Translations under genes and position numbers: made by a program
Assembly: GCA_963726245.1 (NCBI GenBank)
Contig: CAVSBT010000046.1
Location: 1 to 14,080 of the forward strand
Source of the DNA: an uncultured Chloroflexia bacterium
Lineage (GTDB): Bacteria; Chloroflexota; Dehalococcoidia; DSTF01; JALHUB01
DNA: 14,080 nucleotides
Direction: 5' to 3'
Notes under the pieces: generated by a model
Told to the model about the DNA's origin: nothing
The model's input: only the letters and a program-made list of their open reading frames with translations
The model's database searches: none
In this document: positions 9,128 to 14,080 of the stretch, piece by piece
Position numbering within the stretch: position 1 is the first letter of the stretch
Layout: the number at the start of each line of letters is the position of its first letter

Positions 9128-9156
9128 ATTCTAGCACGGGGCCCAAGACAGGACAA
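9128..9156 (-). promoter_or_regulatory. Promoter of the dprA-topA-xerC-aroQ-pepP operon (near-leaderless)
   Basis: TTGTCC-N17-TAGAAT with an extended -10 (TGcTAGAAT). Only 9 nt separate the -10 box from the dprA ATG, and there is no SD. Confidence 0.55.
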
Positions 9157-9194
9157 AGGCGAGGGGACAAGACCGGAGGGACCGGGGCCGCACC

Positions 9195-9802
9195 CTATTG
9201 GGGACCGGACGTGTCGGATGGGATGTCGGCGTCGTCGGAGTACCCCTCCCCTCGTAAAGGCCGGTGAAGTCGTAGTTGGTCAGCTCGATGTGGATCACCC
9301 GGCTGGCCCATTTGTAGCCCCACTTGCCCGGGACCACCAAACGCAGATTCTCGCTCAGGGGCTGGCCGTCCCTCTCGTAGGCCAGGATGATGTCGTCACG
9401 CATCGCCGTCGCGACCGTCAGGTCGGTCGCGTAGCCGTCGTCGCCGTAGAAAGCCACCTTGACCGCCTCGGGTGAGACGCCGGCCTTTTCCAGCAAGAGC
9501 CCCAGCCTCACGCCTGTCCAGTCGCCCTTCTCGATAGCAATCGTGGGGGCGTCAACGCAATGAATCTCGGCGTACTCGGTGGTTGTCGGCATCGCGGAAA
9601 GGTCGTCGAGGGTCAGGTTCAGGGAAGACTGAACGAACCCGTCTACGACCAGGCTCCACTGCGAATCCGCAGTCGCGGACTCCTTGGGAGCATCAGTGGG
9701 GCTAGCCGCTTCTTGCCGATTGCCGCAGGCGACGCCGAGCCCCAGAGCCACCAAGGCCAGCGCCGCCAGGGCCGCTGCCATCTGAAAGCGCAAGCCACGC
9801 AC
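9195..9802 (-). CDS. Sulfite-oxidase-like molybdopterin-binding domain lipoprotein (Oxidored_molyb)
   Basis: GAGGAGG RBS, GTG 9802, lipobox LGVA-C. Motifs [26 protein letters not shown] and [13 protein letters not shown]. Adding one G near 9245 restores the usual YEGRGYSDDAD end, with TAG at 9195-9197. Confidence 0.85.
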
Positions 9803-9830
9803 CCATCCCCTCCTCTCGGCTCCGAAGTCT

Positions 9831-9860
9831 ATGGTACGCGCGGCTTCGCGGCAGCGTCAA
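9831..9860 (-). promoter_or_regulatory. Sigma70-type promoter for the molybdopterin-domain gene
   Basis: TTGACG-N18-TACCAT, about 30 nt upstream of the start codon. Confidence 0.45.
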
Positions 9861-9902
9861 ATGCAGGGAACGGGGTCTGAGGAGCGGATGGAGCGCCTGT
9901 TT

Positions 9903-11196
9903 CTACCTTCCGCCGTTCGTCGCGGACGGCGGCTCTTCCTTAGTCACCCGCACCCGCTTGATGCGGCGGCCGCTCACGGCCAGGATGCGCACGAGGAGCC
10001 CGTCCACCCGCACCTCCTCGCCGGCGGTGGGCATCCGGCCCAGGTGGCTGAGCACGAAGCCGCCCACGCTGTCGAAGTCGCCCTCCTCCACCTTCACCCC
10101 GAACAGCTCCTCCAGCTCGTCGATGCCCACGCGGGCGTCCAAAATCGCCTCGCGGTCGCTGATGCGGTGGATGGTCTCCTCCTCGCGGTCGAACTCATCG
10201 GTGATCTCGCCGACGATCTCTTCCAGCAGGTCCTCCACCGTCACCAGGCCGGCGGTGCCGCCGTACTCGTCCACGACGATGGCGATGGACAGCTTGTTGC
10301 GGCGCATCTCGGTCAGCAGCTCGTCCACCCGCTTGCTCTCGGGCACGAAGTAGGCGGGCCGGGCCAGCGACTTGAGGTCGGCGGGCCTGGCGCCGTTGGC
10401 CAGGAAGCCCAGCACCTCGCGCGCGTAGATGACACCGACGATGTTGTCCATGGTGTCCTCGAAGACGGGGATGCGGCTGTACCCCCGCTCGACGATGATG
10501 CGGGCCACCTCGTCGAACGAGCCGTCGCTGGGCACAGCCACGATGTCGGTGCGCGGCACCATAATCTCGCGGGCGGTGGTCTCTTCGAGGGCCATGACCC
10601 CGCGGATCATCTCTCGCTCCTCGGCGTCCATCGCGCCGGCGCCCTCCTTCATCTCGGCCAGGTGCAGCAGCTCCTCCGTGTCGTCCGCAGCGCCGTGGCC
10701 GCGGGCCCCTTGCCGCGACCTGCGCAGGAGGAGACGAGCAGGAAGGTCCAGCAAGGCCGCCGGCAAGCGCAAGACGGTTCTGACCACAACGACAAAAGGC
10801 CCCAGGTATGCCGCCCAGCGCTGGGGGTCTGCCGCGACGACTAGTCGCGGCACCGCCTGCAGCAACGCGAGGCCGGCCAGGGTGACGAAGAAGGCCACCG
10901 CCAGCGTCGCCCAGTTGAGCCCAACGTCCTGCAGCACGCAGATAGACCACGATAGCGGTGCTGCCGACGAGGGCCAGGTTACGGGCTAGGGCCAGGGTCG
11001 AGTAGACTTCGCGGGTCTCGCGCAGGTACCCGGCCAGTCCGCCTGAGGCGGACGAGCGGAATGGGCCCTTCTCGGCCGGCTCGCGCGGCCGCACCCGATG
11101 GCTCGACGCCACCACCACCTCTGCTGCCGTCACCAGGACCAGGAGGACCAGGGCCACCGCCAGCAGCAGCAGCCCCGGCCAGCGATCGCTATCCAC
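9903..11196 (-). CDS. Hemolysin-family/CNNM (DUF21)-CBS-CBS-CorC_HlyC membrane protein (one frameshift near 10938)
   Basis: Hydrophobic N-terminus from GTG 11196, then [51 protein letters not shown] and a CorC domain (DFDSVGGFV...RRIKRVRV). Confidence 0.9.
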
Positions 11197-12040
11197 TTTT
11201 CCTCCGCCTCTTGCGGCCCACCCGCGCGGGCATGCCCACCGCCACCTTGTCCGGCGGCACGTCGCGGGTGACCACCGACCCAGCGCCGGTGGCCGCGCCG
11301 TCGCCCACCTTGACCGGCGCGACCAGCATCGTATCGCTGCCGATGAACGCCCCTTTGCCGATCACGGTGCGATGCTTGCTGACGCCGTCGAAGTTGCAGG
11401 TGACGGTGCCGGCGCCGATGTTCGTCTCGTCGCCCACCTCGGCGTCGCCCACATAGCCGAAATGGCCCATCTTGCTGGCTCGGCCCAGGCGGGCCTTCTT
11501 CACCTCGGCGAAGTTGCCGATGTGCACGCCGCGGGCCAGCTGAGTCCCCTCGCGGAGGTGGGCGAAGGGCCCCACGGTCACATCCTCCTCCAGCACTGCA
11601 CCCTCGACCACCGACGCCACGATGCGGCAGCCGTCGCCGATGCGCGAGTCGCGGATCACGCTGTTGGGCCCAATGTGGCAGCCCTCGCCGATGCGCGTTT
11701 GCCCGGAGACAACGGTGTTCGGCTCGATGACAGTGCCGGCGCCCACAAGGACGCCGTCTTCGACGTAGGTGGTGCCCGGATCAACCAGCTTGACGCCGGC
11801 GAGGAGCAACCGCTGGCAGACACGCTGGCGGGCCAGGGTCTGCGCTCGCGGCCTGGCCAGGGCCTCCAGGGCCAGCTCGAGGGCGCCCTCGTAGCCCGCT
11901 TCGGCGATCGACCGCCGGAGGTGCGCCCGCAGAGAGGGCGTCAGCTCTAGGCCCAGCGCCTCGGCCAGCCGCTCCACATCCCCTTGGCGGACGGGCCCAC
12001 CTGCGCCACCCGGCGCCTTCGCGCTCTTCGTCCTGGCCAT
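11189..12040 (-). CDS. glmU: GlmU-like protein with only the left-handed beta-helix acetyltransferase domain and an unrelated ~70-aa N-terminus
   Basis: GVKLVDPGTTYV, VGPFAHLR, IGNFAEVK, GHFGYVGDA, NIGAGTVTCNFDG, FIGSDTMLVAPV and GAGSVVT. There is no LAAGxGTRM nucleotidyltransferase domain (283 aa versus about 450 for full GlmU). Confidence 0.85.
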   Translation of the reverse strand: MARTKSAKAPGGAGGPVRQGDVERLAEALGLELTPSLRAHLRRSIAEAGYEGALELALEALARPRAQTLARQRVCQRLLLAGVKLVDPGTTYVEDGVLVGAGTVIEPNTVVSGQTRIGEGCHIGPNSVIRDSRIGDGCRIVASVVEGAVLEEDVTVGPFAHLREGTQLARGVHIGNFAEVKKARLGRASKMGHFGYVGDAEVGDETNIGAGTVTCNFDGVSKHRTVIGKGAFIGSDTMLVAPVKVGDGAATGAGSVVTRDVPPDKVAVGMPARVGRKRRRKSG

Positions 12041-12049
12041 CGTCCCTAC

Positions 12050-12268
12050 AAAATGAAAAGCCTCGCCAAGGCTGGGCTGAAAGGCGAACGATTAGCGCCG
12101 CTGGAGGTGGCAAGCGCGATGGGATGATACGAGGCGCCCGTGGCCCGTTCTCGAGCGGGCCGTGGCTGGTGGTGCCGTAGCCTAATGGTGGTTCGGTTTC
12201 CCGAATGCTCAAGGGTTCCGCAGCCTGTCGAGCCGACGCCCCGAGCTCCGCCCGGGCGTCCTGCTCCG
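12050..12268 (-). ncRNA. Candidate structured RNA/leader (attenuator-like or 6S-like) upstream of the glmU-like gene
   Basis: Lies directly downstream of a consensus promoter. Contains several hairpins including TTCGG-GAAA-CCGAA, and ends in AGCCTT-GGC-GAGGCT-TTTCATTTT. Family not established. Confidence 0.4.
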
Positions 12269-12273
12269 ATACC

Positions 12274-12302
12274 ATGCTAGCCGCCAGCGCGAAGGCTGTC
12301 AA
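12274..12302 (-). promoter_or_regulatory. Sigma70-type promoter pointing toward the glmU-like operon
   Basis: TTGACA (12302-12297), 17-nt spacer, TAGCAT (12279-12274). Such a match is unlikely by chance in ~70% GC DNA. Confidence 0.65.
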
Positions 12303-12369
12303 GGAGACGCGCGAGACCCGAGACAGGCGACATTAGACACGTGGGCGTGTCCCGTGTTCCGTCGTCCCG

Positions 12370-12378
12370 TGCTATAAT
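12370..12378 (+). promoter_or_regulatory. Extended -10 promoter of alaS
   Basis: TGcTATAAT, 50 nt upstream of the alaS ATG. Confidence 0.7.
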
Positions 12379-12428
12379 CCTCTCACAACTGCCCCGACAC
12401 GCTGGGGTGTGCCGGGGCAGGTTCGGAT

Positions 12429-14080
12429 ATGGACAGCCAGCAAATCCGCGAGACGTTCCTCCGCTTCTTCCAAGAGCACGACCATCGGGTGATGCCCAGC
12501 GCGCCGCTGGTGCCCCTGGGCGACCCGACGCTGCTCTTCACCAGCGCTGGCATGGTGCAGTTCAAGCCCTACTTCGAGGGGCGCGCGGCACCGCCGGCTC
12601 GCCGCCTGACCTCGGTCCAGAAGTGCTTCCGCACTAGCGACATCGATTCCGTGGGCGACACCAGCCACCTCACCTTCTTCGAGATGCTGGGCAACTTCAG
12701 CATCGGCGACTACTTCAAGGCCGACGCCATCCCCTGGGCCTGGGAGCTGGTGACCGCGAAGAACTGGTTCGCCATGTCCCCGGACCGCCTCTGGGCGGCC
12801 GTCTACCTGGACGACGACGAGGCCTTCGAGCTCTGGCGAAAGGTAGGCGTGCCCACCGAGCGCATCATGCGCTACGGGGAGGAGGCGAACTACTGGTTCT
12901 CCGGCGAAATCGGCCCCTGCGGCCCTTGCAGCGAGCTGCACTACGACTTCGGCCCTACGCCCGGCTGCCCCGAGTGCCAGCGCGACGCCTGCCACCCGGG
13001 GGTGGAGTGCGGCCGCTTCCTGGAGATCTGGAACCTGGTGTTCATGACCTACTTCCAGCAGCCTGACGGCTCGCGCACGCCCCTGCCGGCCAAGAACATC
13101 GATACCGGCGCCGGGCTCGAGCGCATGGCGGAGGTCCTCCAGGACGTGCGCTCGGTGTACGAGACCGACCTCTTCGCGCCCATCATCCGCCGCATCGAGG
13201 AACTGTCCGGCCGCCGGTACGGCGAGGACGCCGCCGCCGACCGGGCGATGCGCATATTGGCCGAGCACGCGCGGGCGGCGGCCTTCCTTATCGGCGACGA
13301 CAAGACGCCGGTGTTGCCCAGCAACGAAGACCGCGGCTATGCCGTGCGCCGCGTGATCAGGCGGGCGATATACTACGGCCGCCACTACCTGGGCCTGGAC
13401 AGGCCGTTCTTGGCCGACGTGACCAACGCCGTCGTCGACCACATGGGGAAGGCCTACCCCGAGCTTCGCCAGCAGAAGGACTTCGCGCTGCGCATTCTGG
13501 AAGGCGAGGAGGAACGTTTCGTTGCGACGATGGGGAACGGCCTAGCCATCCTTCGCCATCACGTAATTGCCCCTCGACAACACCTGCTGGACAAGTGGCG
13601 AAGCGAGTGGCTGCCTCTGCTGCTCGATACTGGACAAAAGGCGCCTGTCATCCCTCTGGACGAACTCCTGTACTTTTCGGACAAGGCTGAGACGGAACTA
13701 CGCATCGACTCAACCGGCGCCAAGGAGCTACGCATGATGATCGCGCGCTCCCTGGAGCCTTGGCACCAGGAACCCTTCCGCCGAGAGGCCTTTGAGCAGA
13801 GTCTTAACACCATCTCGAAGGAAGAGGTCTTCTTCCTCCATGACACCTACGGGTTCCCGATGGAGCTGACGCGCGAGATCGCCCGCGAGCACGGGTTCAC
13901 CATCGACGAAGAAGGCTTCGAACGTGAGATGGAGGCCCAGCGGGAGCGTGCCCGCGCCGCCACCAAACTGGGCGTCGACGCCTCGACCGACGCCTACGGT
14001 CCACTGGCCCACCTGCAGACACTCTTCCTGGGCTACGAGACGCTGACCGCCGAGACCACGGTCGTGGGCCTGCTCGCCAG
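12429..14080 (+). CDS. alaS: Alanine--tRNA ligase, 5' ~550 codons (runs off window; missing from ORF track because there is no stop)
   Basis: My translation: MDSQQIRETFLRFF...DPTLLFTSAGMVQFKPYF...QKCFR...HLTFFEMLGNFSIGDYFK...GPCGPCSE...EIWNLVFM...IDTGAGLER...PSNEDRGY...HDTYGFP. The frame is uninterrupted. Confidence 0.98.
   Translation, partial: MDSQQIRETFLRFFQEHDHRVMPSAPLVPLGDPTLLFTSAGMVQFKPYFEGRAAPPARRLTSVQKCFRTSDIDSVGDTSHLTFFEMLGNFSIGDYFKADAIPWAWELVTAKNWFAMSPDRLWAAVYLDDDEAFELWRKVGVPTERIMRYGEEANYWFSGEIGPCGPCSELHYDFGPTPGCPECQRDACHPGVECGRFLEIWNLVFMTYFQQPDGSRTPLPAKNIDTGAGLERMAEVLQDVRSVYETDLFAPIIRRIEELSGRRYGEDAAADRAMRILAEHARAAAFLIGDDKTPVLPSNEDRGYAVRRVIRRAIYYGRHYLGLDRPFLADVTNAVVDHMGKAYPELRQQKDFALRILEGEEERFVATMGNGLAILRHHVIAPRQHLLDKWRSEWLPLLLDTGQKAPVIPLDELLYFSDKAETELRIDSTGAKELRMMIARSLEPWHQEPFRREAFEQSLNTISKEEVFFLHDTYGFPMELTREIAREHGFTIDEEGFEREMEAQRERARAATKLGVDASTDAYGPLAHLQTLFLGYETLTAETTVVGLLA

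Noticed and set aside
12050-12300. T-box or glmS ribozyme on the plus strand
   Set aside because: Only fragments resemble them (TGGTGGTTC, TAGCGCC..ACGAGG). There is no proper TGGNACC antiterminator or ribozyme core, alaS has its own downstream promoter, and the strand is wrong for glmU.
12912-13012. Cys-rich segment in AlaRS (GPCGPC...CPEC...CH...C)
   Set aside because: This is a known Cys/His-rich zinc-binding region found in many bacterial AlaRS proteins.
13554-13808. Intein or intron in alaS
   Set aside because: There is no N-terminal Cys/Ser block, no His-Asn followed by Cys/Ser/Thr, and no endonuclease motif. The frame is open, so it is kept as a domain insertion.
3242-14012. Many long antisense or alternate-frame ORFs (e.g. 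9831..10844 +, 12372..13442 -, 11781..12302 -)
   Set aside because: They are shadow ORFs of high-GC coding DNA, are R/P/A/G-rich, lack motifs, and overlap well-supported genes or promoters.

Overview
The window has two compositionally different parts joined at about 3245. The left part (1-3244, roughly 40-50% GC by eye) holds a partial hypothetical gene, a 42-aa SHOCT-like peptide gene, an XRE/Cro HTH gene coupled to a secreted six-Cys micro-protein, and a promoter with hairpins but no clear gene. It also carries a short URO-D-family remnant, two MaoC/hotdog dehydratases and the 3' half of a TRAP DctM permease. The right part (3245-14080, about 70% GC; Chloroflexota/Dehalococcoidia-like by my impression, unverified) is housekeeping DNA. 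On the minus strand it has an acetyltransferase-only GlmU-like gene, a CNNM/CBS/CorC protein, a molybdopterin-domain lipoprotein and dprA-topA-xerC-aroQ-Xaa-Pro peptidase; alaS is divergent and runs off the end. Both genes at the junction are truncated, and single-base frameshifts are frequent from about 2.1 to 9.3 kb, which suggests a low-coverage long-read chimera. The best leads are a ~75-aa codon-atypical in-frame insertion in AlaRS, a promoter-driven ~220-nt structured RNA/leader before the truncated glmU, the GlmU lacking its uridyltransferase domain, and the mirror-symmetric Cys micro-protein. I cannot claim a proven new system from sequence alone.
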